DNA of 51,041 bases from a virus: IMG/VR virus record IMGVR_UViG_3300028840_001916; one strand, written 5' to 3'. How positions within the stretch are numbered: the first letter of the stretch is position 1; every line of letters starts with the position of its first letter. A model generated the notes under the pieces. That model did not search any database, was not told where the DNA came from, and saw nothing but the letters and a program-made list of their open reading frames with translations. Below, piece after piece: positions 25,458 to 32,935 of this stretch. A program made the translations under genes and the position numbers.

Positions 25458-25479
25458 TTCTTTGACTCCTACTTAGCAC

Positions 25480-25992
25480 TTAATCCTGTTCTCGGATGAT
25501 GGTCACGAACAGGATTCCAGTGGTTCTGTTCGCACCTGTAGCCCCGAACACGGCGTTCAGGGTGTCAGCCTCTTCGATCAACGCCTGGTCCTGGTCCAAC
25601 TCACCGGCTTCGACTGCGGCGTTGTCCGATGCTACATCCATCGCATCCGAAATAGCCGTCGAGCCATTCTTCAACTGGACTGTAGCACCAGTCACGGCAG
25701 AGAGGGAGCACCACTTCGCCCCCATGATTCTGAAGGCGTAGTCCGGCGTAGCTACCAGCGGCACAGTCCCCTTAGCTAAACTCCCCGTCGTGAACTTGAA
25801 CACCAGGACATATGGCACGCCCGGCTCCATCGAGTCGTACATCGTCGAGGAAGCCGTCGCCTCCGTCTTGTACCAGGAGTCCGGGTCCATCGTGACAAGG
25901 AACCAGGTCCCGTCCTGCTCATGCCGGACAGGGAACTGCTCCCCCCGGTCCCGGCGGTAAGTTTCCGCCTTGCTATTCGGTGTTGGGCTCAT
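25480..25992 (-). CDS. Hypothetical protein (170 aa). First gene of the leftward arm.
   Basis: SD AGGAG 9 nt before the second ATG (25990-25992). The first ATG at 26001 abuts the SD. Confidence 0.65.
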   Translation of the reverse strand: MSPTPNSKAETYRRDRGEQFPVRHEQDGTWFLVTMDPDSWYKTEATASSTMYDSMEPGVPYVLVFKFTTGSLAKGTVPLVATPDYAFRIMGAKWCSLSAVTGATVQLKNGSTAISDAMDVASDNAAVEAGELDQDQALIEEADTLNAVFGATGANRTTGILFVTIIREQD

Positions 25993-26037
25993 ACTTCGCA
26001 TCTCCTGCGGCTTGAAAATTCAGCAAAAGGCTACCAG

Positions 26038-26065
26038 ACCATAGCCGCCGGATCGAGAAGGTCAA
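26038..26065 (-). promoter_or_regulatory. Sigma70-like leftward promoter: TTGACC - 16 nt - TATGGT
   Basis: Read on the - strand: -35 at 26060-26065, -10 at 26038-26043, about 45 nt upstream of ATG 25992. Confidence 0.45.
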
Positions 26066-26185
26066 GGGCACTCCCGCCCCCGCCAGGGCGGATTCGCCAA
26101 AGCCACGCTTCAATTTTTCGGCTGCCATCGCAACCTTCTTCGCCGCAAAAGGTTACGCCGCCAGCAAAATTTCCCGCCACGCCGT

Positions 26186-26214
26186 TTGACTTTCGCCGGC
26201 TGGCGACGTATGCT
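26186..26214 (+). promoter_or_regulatory. Sigma70-like rightward promoter: TTGACT - 17 nt - TATGCT
   Basis: -35 at 26186-26191, -10 at 26209-26214, about 60 nt upstream of ATG 26277. Confidence 0.5.
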
Positions 26215-26276
26215 TGAATCGTCGGCCGCCATCGTCGGCGGCCCACCGGCACAGGCTTACACAGAAGGAGCTACTT

Positions 26277-26564
26277 ATGCCAGACTCACCAGAGAACAAA
26301 TGCATCGCTTGTGGAGGTACTGGCGTCATACGCCACGCCAAACCTAGCTGTTCGTTCAAAGCAGCCTTTGGCGGAGATGGCACTATCCCCCCCGAATATG
26401 AACTCATCGAGGCGTGTGACCTGTGTGTACGTTTCACGGTAGACTTCGATGCGGCCGAGACACTCTCACCACTGGCCCATTGGATCAAATGTGATGACGA
26501 TGGATACCACGCTATCATCCCTACCCAAGCTCTCTCACCTACTACTCAGCCGGAGAAAGCCTGA
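26277..26564 (+). CDS. Small Cys-rich protein (95 aa) with a DnaJ-type CxxCxGxG knuckle (CIACGGTG)
   Basis: SD AAGGAG before ATG 26277. The track start at 26214 overlaps the promoter and was trimmed. Confidence 0.65.
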   Translation: MPDSPENKCIACGGTGVIRHAKPSCSFKAAFGGDGTIPPEYELIEACDLCVRFTVDFDAAETLSPLAHWIKCDDDGYHAIIPTQALSPTTQPEKA

Positions 26565-26818
26565 TGTCCAGATTCTACGGCACAGTCCAAGGAAGCCGAG
26601 GAGAAGCTACCCGTTGTGGCACCCCCGCCAGCGGCATCGCTACCTATACTGCCGGCTGGTCAGGTGCCGTCCATGCCTATGTCTTCGACAAGGATGGCCG
26701 TGACTGGTGCCGCGTCGAGCTAACACACTGGCACGGCTGCGGCACCCACAAGCTCCTGTACGAAGGCCCAGTCAACGAGTACAAACCCTCAACAGAAGTG
26801 GAGGAATCCGATGCCTGA
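26564..26818 (+). CDS. Hypothetical protein (84 aa)
   Basis: TGATG overlap with the upstream gene. Confidence 0.7.
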   Translation: MSRFYGTVQGSRGEATRCGTPASGIATYTAGWSGAVHAYVFDKDGRDWCRVELTHWHGCGTHKLLYEGPVNEYKPSTEVEESDA

Positions 26819-27095
26819 GCCGACCCCAGATAAACCTAGCGTCTTCACCCAGAAGCAGCAGGAGCTTCTTGACTACATCTCATATGCAGCCCGTACTGGA
26901 GAGCTGGCCCTCGTGGAGTGCAAAACAGCCGTCAATACCCCAGTCGCAGTCTTGTGTGCCGTGCAGGGGCGTGAGGAGGATTACTTACTTGGACCTCTCC
27001 TCATTGTCCCTGACGATTATGTCAAGGCCCTTGAGTTCATCCGGCCCCCAGAAGGAGCACACGAAGTAGGAGGAGCCCCATGCCAGTCACCATAA
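26811..27095 (+). CDS. Hypothetical protein (94 aa)
   Basis: SD GGAGGAA before ATG 26811. 8-nt overlap with the upstream gene. Confidence 0.7.
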   Translation: MPEPTPDKPSVFTQKQQELLDYISYAARTGELALVECKTAVNTPVAVLCAVQGREEDYLLGPLLIVPDDYVKALEFIRPPEGAHEVGGAPCQSP

Positions 27096-27262
27096 AGAAA
27101 CGCGGAAAGCTGTACCGCGTAGTTGAGGCAGCTACAGGCCGAATCGCCACTACCGGGAAGGGCACACCCCGCGACGGTGGTGGACACCCAAGCCGCCGTA
27201 CAGCCGAGGCCCAGGCCAGAGCCATCAACGCCAATCGGCCACACAAGAAGAAAGGCCACTGA
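27080..27262 (+). CDS. Small basic protein (60 aa)
   Basis: SD GTAGGAGGAG before ATG 27080. Confidence 0.65.
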   Translation: MPVTIKKRGKLYRVVEAATGRIATTGKGTPRDGGGHPSRRTAEAQARAINANRPHKKKGH

Positions 27263-27263
27263 T

Positions 27264-27473
27264 ATGTACGGCCATTCCGACCACATCCAGCAATGGGAAG
27301 ACTACATCGGTGGGCCTCCAGAAGACGAATGCCCTATCTGCGAGTTAGAGGAACTCCTGGCATGTCGTGATGGCAACATCGCCCAGCTAGAACAGACCAT
27401 CCACGACTTAGAGAGTGAGTTGCAGCAGTACCGAGAGGCTGCCCTCCAGGGCCGTAAGACGATCTTCCCCTGA
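27264..27473 (+). CDS. Hypothetical protein (69 aa; CPIC then coiled coil)
   Basis: ATG 27264 lies 1 nt after the upstream TGA. The upstream part of the 116-aa track ORF overlaps the previous gene in another frame. Confidence 0.6.
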   Translation: MYGHSDHIQQWEDYIGGPPEDECPICELEELLACRDGNIAQLEQTIHDLESELQQYREAALQGRKTIFP

Positions 27474-27492
27474 GAAGGAGCATGGTAAGACC

Positions 27493-30111
27493 ATGACGTG
27501 CGAGTTCAAGTCCAACCCGGCCTGCACCGCTTGCCCTCTCCACGAGGGCGTCCAGTCAGTCTGCATCCCGACACGGCTCTTCCAGCCCTGTAGTCTCACA
27601 GTACGCGGCAAGCAGGCCCTACTCTGTCTTGGTGAAGCTCCTGCCGCTAACGAAGATGCTGCCAACGAATGCTTCATAGGGGAGTCCGGCGGCGTACTAC
27701 GGGACTGCATGGCCTGCTTAGGTGTCCCTGACCTCGACATCTACGTCGGCAACTTACTTCGGTGCCGGCTACCCAAGCAAGCCAACCCCACTGACTCCCA
27801 GTATAAGGCGTGTCGCCCGTACCTCCTGGACGACATCAGGCACCTCCTTTCTGTGTACTCTGGCCGTCTGACCCTTCTACTCCTGGGAGGGTCAGCGGTC
27901 AGGGGCATCTTACGTACATCTGTCAAGAAGGCCCTGAAACGCCAAGGCGAACTCGTACTTCTGCACGAGGAGTTGGAGCATATCCCAGTCTACTCCACTT
28001 ACCACCCGGCGTATGCCCTGCCCGGTAGAAGTCCAGCGACGATTGCGGCTATTGCGGACCATCTGACCCTCCTATCTCGTAGACTCCGCGGAGAAAGCGA
28101 TGTCATCCAGCACGGAGAGGTTGATTATCTGGTCGCCCCGCCAGTCGAGTCGGCAAGCCCTGACTCAAGCTACCCTCTCAGCCTCGACATCGAGACTTAC
28201 GGCATCTTGACCTCCTTCCCAGAACAGACTGTCTTCCACCCACAAAGGTCCATCCACACCGACGGCATCGCATCCGAAGACCTCGTACAGACCGCCGCCA
28301 TCTCTTGGGCCGAAGATGGCCTGGTCGTAAAGACCGGCGTATTCAACCTAACACGCATGGACCACCAGAACGAGTTTTTCAAGTGGGTACAGTATGTCTA
28401 CCGCAAGCGGCGGAGGTGGGTCTTCTCTAACGCCCCCTTCGACTTATCCTACTTGAGGGAATGGGACCAGGCCTTCCGCCTATACCTCCGTCACGAAGTT
28501 GAAGTGGAGGACATCCAAGCCTTATCCTACCTCGTGTCGGACGTGAGGCCAGAGCGGTCCCTCAAGGCCCTCTCCACCTTACTTGGAGTGGCGAAGTACG
28601 GCCAGCAGTCCAAGGAGTTCGTCCGGTACGATAGGCCGGACCATCCCGAACTACTGGCCTATAACGCCCTGGATGCCGAGGCTACCCTCCGCTGCTACAT
28701 CGCCCTCCAGCACGAGATCGAGGAAGCCTACCCGGACTCGCCCAAGCTGTCCCTGCGTACCCGACAGTGGTACTCGGACATCATCTGGCTCTGTGTCTAC
28801 CTGATGGAGAACGGGTGCTGCCTGGACTTCCGCCAACTCACGAAGCTCGGCCAGTCCTTCTCCTCCGGGATGGCGGCCCTCCTTTCCAAGGCGAAGAAGC
28901 AAGGGTTCAAGTTGGCCGGCAAGGGTTCGGACAAGTGCGTGCGGAACTTGATCTCCGACGCCGCCGCCCATGCCGGCCTCTTAACCCACCCCGAGCTGGA
29001 ACGCACACCCACTAAGGGGGAGATCAGCGTAGGGGCCAACAACTTACGCTTGGTACAGGCCCATCTGTCAGGTACGGACCCCCTCTTCGGGCCGGTGGAG
29101 TGGCTCCGACGCTATGGCAAGCTCCAGAAGCTCCTCGGCACTTACGTCCGCCCCATGACAGGCTACTCTGGAGTCAAGATGAAGCACGGCCAGGTAGATC
29201 GCCGCCAAGTCTTAATCAGGGGGACGGCGTATCCGACGTGCTTCCCCTTCCCCTCGCAGGTCTCCGACTACGACCCGGATGACACTGAGGGCGGGACGAA
29301 GCAGGGCCGCCTCTCCTACAAGAACCCGAGCCTACCCACTAACCCCAAGACCATCAAAGCCTGCAAGAAGAGCCGCCATCGCCCAGGCTTCCTCTTGGGT
29401 ATAGACCTTTCTCGCATAGAGCTAGTAGTCGCAGCCTTCCTCTCCGGTGATGACCGTATGCTTACGCTTCTACAGGAGAGCGACCTCCATCAGGTTAGGG
29501 CGGTGGAAATCTTCGGCGAATCCATCCTCGACTTGCCCAAGGAGGAGTTCTCTAAGCTCCGCCATGTAGGCAAGACCGATAACTTCCGTGCCATCTACCG
29601 GGGCTCGGAGTACCTCCTGCGTATCACGATACGGGCACAGACAGGCCTCGACTACAGCCTGGAGAAGTGCCGTGAGATCGCAGCAGGTGTCAAGGAACGC
29701 TACCCCGACCTCTGGGCCTGGCAGGACTCCCTCATCGAGGAGGTAGACGAGAAGGGCTACCTCATGGACCCCATCTTGGGTCAGGGGAGGCTATTCACGC
29801 AGAGCCCAACGACGAACCGCCAGGACTACGAATCGACCATCTGCAACTTCATGGTGCAGCAAGGGGCGGCGAACATCATGCTCTGGGCTCAAAGTCAGAC
29901 TGAATTTTCTCTCCGGCGACGAGGGCTGTTGACACGCACCACCCTCAACGTCTACGATTCAGAGGACCTGGACGGCCCCCTCCACGAGTACGACGAGGCC
30001 CGCGAGATCGCCTTGCACTACCTCCGACATAATCAGTACGTCAAGTGGCTCGAAGAGCACTATGGACGCTCCTTCCCCTTGTCCTGGGAGGAAGAGGTAC
30101 GCTACTTCTAA
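27493..30111 (+). CDS. Family-4 uracil-DNA-glycosylase-like domain fused to a family-A DNA polymerase with 3'-5' exonuclease (872 aa)
   Basis: N-terminal domain: NPACTACPLH (CxxC), LGEAPAANED (UDG4 motif A is GE[AG]PG..E), YSTYHPAYAL (motif B-like). Exonuclease: LSLDIETYG, YNALDAEAT. Polymerase: LGIDLSRIELVVAAF (motif A), RHVGKTDNFRAIYRGS (motif B), LNVYDSEDL (motif C-like). SD GAAGGAG 12 nt before ATG 27493. Confidence 0.85.
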   Translation: MTCEFKSNPACTACPLHEGVQSVCIPTRLFQPCSLTVRGKQALLCLGEAPAANEDAANECFIGESGGVLRDCMACLGVPDLDIYVGNLLRCRLPKQANPTDSQYKACRPYLLDDIRHLLSVYSGRLTLLLLGGSAVRGILRTSVKKALKRQGELVLLHEELEHIPVYSTYHPAYALPGRSPATIAAIADHLTLLSRRLRGESDVIQHGEVDYLVAPPVESASPDSSYPLSLDIETYGILTSFPEQTVFHPQRSIHTDGIASEDLVQTAAISWAEDGLVVKTGVFNLTRMDHQNEFFKWVQYVYRKRRRWVFSNAPFDLSYLREWDQAFRLYLRHEVEVEDIQALSYLVSDVRPERSLKALSTLLGVAKYGQQSKEFVRYDRPDHPELLAYNALDAEATLRCYIALQHEIEEAYPDSPKLSLRTRQWYSDIIWLCVYLMENGCCLDFRQLTKLGQSFSSGMAALLSKAKKQGFKLAGKGSDKCVRNLISDAAAHAGLLTHPELERTPTKGEISVGANNLRLVQAHLSGTDPLFGPVEWLRRYGKLQKLLGTYVRPMTGYSGVKMKHGQVDRRQVLIRGTAYPTCFPFPSQVSDYDPDDTEGGTKQGRLSYKNPSLPTNPKTIKACKKSRHRPGFLLGIDLSRIELVVAAFLSGDDRMLTLLQESDLHQVRAVEIFGESILDLPKEEFSKLRHVGKTDNFRAIYRGSEYLLRITIRAQTGLDYSLEKCREIAAGVKERYPDLWAWQDSLIEEVDEKGYLMDPILGQGRLFTQSPTTNRQDYESTICNFMVQQGAANIMLWAQSQTEFSLRRRGLLTRTTLNVYDSEDLDGPLHEYDEAREIALHYLRHNQYVKWLEEHYGRSFPLSWEEEVRYF

Positions 30112-30126
30112 GAAAGGAGGCAATGG

Positions 30127-30369
30127 ATGTCAGATACCAAGAAAGGCGGAGGCCCGGCCCAGCCGGCGATCACACGCGGAGTGATGGGCGGCCTTGGTCT
30201 CTCCCGCCTGGAGGAGATCGCCAAGAGCTGCCTCTCAGGCGTCTTGGCACGCTATTCCGACAAGAACGACACCCAGGAGGACGAGCAGGAGATGGTAGAG
30301 AAAGCCTTTCGCATCGCTGCCAAGGCTATGGACTACTACGACAACTTACCTTCTGAGATGGAGAGATAA
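30127..30369 (+). CDS. Hypothetical protein (80 aa)
   Basis: SD AAGGAGG 6 nt before ATG 30127. Confidence 0.7.
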   Translation: MSDTKKGGGPAQPAITRGVMGGLGLSRLEEIAKSCLSGVLARYSDKNDTQEDEQEMVEKAFRIAAKAMDYYDNLPSEMER

Positions 30370-30371
30370 GT

Positions 30372-30590
30372 ATGGACATCAAAGCCCTCTTAGGTAAAGT
30401 GTGGGATGCCCTCAGCGGCTACAAGATGTACCTGGGCGTAGCCGGGTGGGCCGTCACTGGCTTACTAGGCCAGGCCGGCATCATCCCAGAACCAATGGGC
30501 CAGGCCTTTCAGACCTTCTTCTTGGGGGTGGCAGGCGTCGGCCTCATACATAAGGGTGAGAAGCTCAGCAGGGAGCTTAACGATGTGTAA
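30372..30590 (+). CDS. Holin-like membrane protein (72 aa, two TM segments, charged C-terminus)
   Basis: YKMYLGVAGWAVTGLLGQAGII and AFQTFFLGVAGVGLIH, then KGEKLSRELNDV. ATGTGTAA overlap with the next gene. Confidence 0.5.
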   Translation: MDIKALLGKVWDALSGYKMYLGVAGWAVTGLLGQAGIIPEPMGQAFQTFFLGVAGVGLIHKGEKLSRELNDV

Positions 30591-31404
30591 GTGGTGCTTC
30601 ATCTTACTCTGCCTCCTCGGTGGGTGCTTGTGTGGGTGTAGCCAGGTCCGGCCGGTCGATCCGAACAAGCCCCCACCCCCGCCGCCGCCCGAGACTCACT
30701 ACGTCGGCACCATCCAGCCCTTCCTCATCACATCAGGGGAGGAGCACGAGTGGTCCGACTTACGTATCGCCAAGGGCAAAGAGTATGTCGAGGCAGCGAT
30801 GGCCGAGCCGGGCATCTCCATCTTATGGGAGGAGCCTATCCTATACGAATGGCCGGAGCTATACGACATTGATACATTGTCGGAGTGGCTCCAGCTTTCG
30901 GCCGTCTCCCGCCAGTGGGAGATGACACGCTCCACCTTGCCCATCTACCTTTGTCATAAGATTCCGTACTGCGACTGCTCAGGCTTGGCCGCACTACCTA
31001 ACAATAAGTGGGGCTTCGGCCACGGCATCGCCGTCGCCTGCTACCGTGGCACAGACTCGACCGAGTTTACACACCAGTCAGTCTGGCCGCATGAGCTTGG
31101 CCATGCCCTTGGCCTCGTCCATGTCTGGGAAAACCCCGCCATGAAGGGCATGTGCCCGTCGGCCTATGCCTGCGATGACCCCTACTGCTACTGCAACATG
31201 ATGTCTTACTGCGACCGGCCCATGCCAGTCGGAGTCTGCCTCAACGCCGCCTTCACCGCCCAGCAAGAGGAGGACATGCGTGCCTGGCTCACTGTCCCCC
31301 CTCGCTCATGGACTTTCACTTCCACCGAGAAGAAGGCTACTACCAATACGTTCTCACCAGTTTACACTGACCGCGTAACCCCAACCCCTAGCACAGGAGA
31401 CTAA
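30583..31404 (+). CDS. Secreted lipoprotein with metzincin-type zinc-protease motif (273 aa)
   Basis: Signal MCKWCFILLCLLGGCLCGCSQ (LGGC lipobox), P-rich linker, HELGHALGLVH (HExxHxxGxxH), downstream NMMSY (Met-turn-like). Confidence 0.65.
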   Translation: MCKWCFILLCLLGGCLCGCSQVRPVDPNKPPPPPPPETHYVGTIQPFLITSGEEHEWSDLRIAKGKEYVEAAMAEPGISILWEEPILYEWPELYDIDTLSEWLQLSAVSRQWEMTRSTLPIYLCHKIPYCDCSGLAALPNNKWGFGHGIAVACYRGTDSTEFTHQSVWPHELGHALGLVHVWENPAMKGMCPSAYACDDPYCYCNMMSYCDRPMPVGVCLNAAFTAQQEEDMRAWLTVPPRSWTFTSTEKKATTNTFSPVYTDRVTPTPSTGD

Positions 31405-31406
31405 AC

Positions 31407-31676
31407 ATGAAGAAGGAGCCGACCAACATGAACGAGATCGTCGAACTCAACGGAGACGTGCCCCTGAAGGAGGCAACCTTATTTGACCTCTACGTAGGGC
31501 TCAGCACTGCCGCCATCTTGGGCGACCAGAGGTCCCTAGAGGCTATCTGCCAGATAGCCGCCGAGACTGGAGAGCCTGAGCCTCTTACGGCGGCTAAGGT
31601 TGCCGCCGGCCAGGCCGCCTCCAACCTAGCTGTCCGTCGTGGACTTTACGCCGGCGACTACACACCAGGAATTTAA
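31407..31676 (+). CDS. Hypothetical protein (89 aa)
   Basis: SD AGGAG 7 nt before ATG 31407. Alternative ATG at 31428. Confidence 0.65.
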   Translation: MKKEPTNMNEIVELNGDVPLKEATLFDLYVGLSTAAILGDQRSLEAICQIAAETGEPEPLTAAKVAAGQAASNLAVRRGLYAGDYTPGI

Positions 31677-31679
31677 CCT

Positions 31680-32006
31680 ATGCACGAGGACGAGGACAAG
31701 CAAGAGTTACTTTCCAACGGGCTGCCATGCGAATGCTTAGAGGCGGTAGCCCCGCTGACCATCTGGTTCTCACTCTTCTCGAAGACTTTTAAGGAGGGCA
31801 TAGGCCTTGAATCAGAAGTGGAAGTTGGCCACCTTCCGCCGCAGTTACAGCAGGCAGTCCTGACGGAAGTGCGGTCCTATGCTACGATGGTAGACCTACG
31901 CCTCAAGCCCCTCCTTCGTTCGGGCAGAGACGTGGACTACCGCACGGCCCTCGGCCTCTACTCAGAATGCAGGGTCGTCCCTATGGATCAGATACAGTTC
32001 TCTTAA
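31680..32006 (+). CDS. Hypothetical protein (108 aa)
   Basis: ORF packed 3 nt after the upstream stop. Confidence 0.65.
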   Translation: MHEDEDKQELLSNGLPCECLEAVAPLTIWFSLFSKTFKEGIGLESEVEVGHLPPQLQQAVLTEVRSYATMVDLRLKPLLRSGRDVDYRTALGLYSECRVVPMDQIQFS

Positions 32007-32041
32007 CGGAAGTGCAATTGACGAGCAAGTAGGAGGTTACT

Positions 32042-32215
32042 ATGTCCATCTGGGTTTGCGACAACAACGATCACGGTGAAATATGTTACCAGGGCCACAG
32101 CTGTTCGGCCTGCGAGAAGATAGAGTCCCTCAAAAATGAAATTGAGGAGCTTGAGGGGATAATAGCCGACCAGAAGGACGAGATCGCCGAGCTTGAACAA
32201 GAGATCGAAGAGTGA
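32042..32215 (+). CDS. Small Cys4 + leucine-zipper-like protein (57 aa), missed by the ORF track
   Basis: SD AGGAGG 6 nt before ATG 32042. Sequence MSIWVCDNNDHGEICYQGHSCSACEKIESLKNEIEELEGIIADQKDEIAELEQEIEE. Same strand as all its neighbours. Confidence 0.6.
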   Translation: MSIWVCDNNDHGEICYQGHSCSACEKIESLKNEIEELEGIIADQKDEIAELEQEIEE

Positions 32216-32264
32216 AAGTCCATGAGCGAGGGGGGACAGAAGCGGCGACTAGGAGGACAAGCAG

Positions 32265-32678
32265 ATGAAATCCTGGTACGACAAACTCTTCAGCTATGCG
32301 GGGTGGGTATCGGCCGCCCTGGTCGTGTGGCTCTTCCTAGGCTCAGTCATGGGCATGTGTGGCTGTACCGAGCTTATGAGCCCAGACTCCATCGACCAAC
32401 AGGCCACCACCCAAGTAGAAGAGCAGGAGCAGACCTCGACTGCCACGACGGAGCAGATCAATACCGGCGGAGGTTCCCAAGCCGTGGACAACCGCCAGGT
32501 CCAGACGGCTATCCAGAACGACACAGCCGTCTTACTCAAAGCCATCCAGCACCAGCTCTATCGTGACATCGCCTCCACTGTCCTGGTCGGCATCCTAGTC
32601 ATTGCCGCTGTCTGGCACTATCGCTACTCACGCGAGAAGCCCAAGTACATGCGAGCCAACGGCTTCGGAGACCACTAA
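32265..32678 (+). CDS. Envelope protein with an N-terminal signal/lipoprotein-like segment and a C-terminal TM (137 aa). Unimolecular-spanin-like architecture.
   Basis: SD AGGAGG 8 nt before ATG 32265. N-terminus ...AALVVWLFLGSVMGMCGC, Q/T/E-rich middle, C-terminal IASTVLVGILVIAAVW followed by a basic tail. Confidence 0.45.
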   Translation: MKSWYDKLFSYAGWVSAALVVWLFLGSVMGMCGCTELMSPDSIDQQATTQVEEQEQTSTATTEQINTGGGSQAVDNRQVQTAIQNDTAVLLKAIQHQLYRDIASTVLVGILVIAAVWHYRYSREKPKYMRANGFGDH

Positions 32679-32935
32679 TGCCAATGACATGTACGAGCTG
32701 CGGCGGAACAGGCTTTCTGAACATCGAGCAAGTTCCAGAGGCAATCGCCGAACAGGGCATAGATGAAATTCTCTCGTGGATGCATACGAATCAAGACCAC
32801 GACGTAACGGTGTGCGATTGTTGCGGAAACGGGGACGATTGGTACGGAGAGCCCGGCTATCACTATGGAGCCGACGACCCGGCAGGTCCGCATGGCCCAT
32901 ACGGTTACAACGGAGGGCTATGCGAATGCCATTAA
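32678..32935 (+). CDS. Small Cys-rich protein (85 aa) with a CxxCxGxG knuckle (CTSCGGTG)
   Basis: TAATG overlap with the upstream gene. Shares its N-terminal motif with the 26277 gene. Confidence 0.65.
   Translation: MPMTCTSCGGTGFLNIEQVPEAIAEQGIDEILSWMHTNQDHDVTVCDCCGNGDDWYGEPGYHYGADDPAGPHGPYGYNGGLCECH

Noticed and set aside
30583-31404. Calling the metzincin lipoprotein the endolysin.
   Set aside because: HExxHxxGxxH metzincins are not an established muralytic family. Only position next to a holin-like gene supports the idea, so I keep it as a hypothesis in the findings rather than an annotation.
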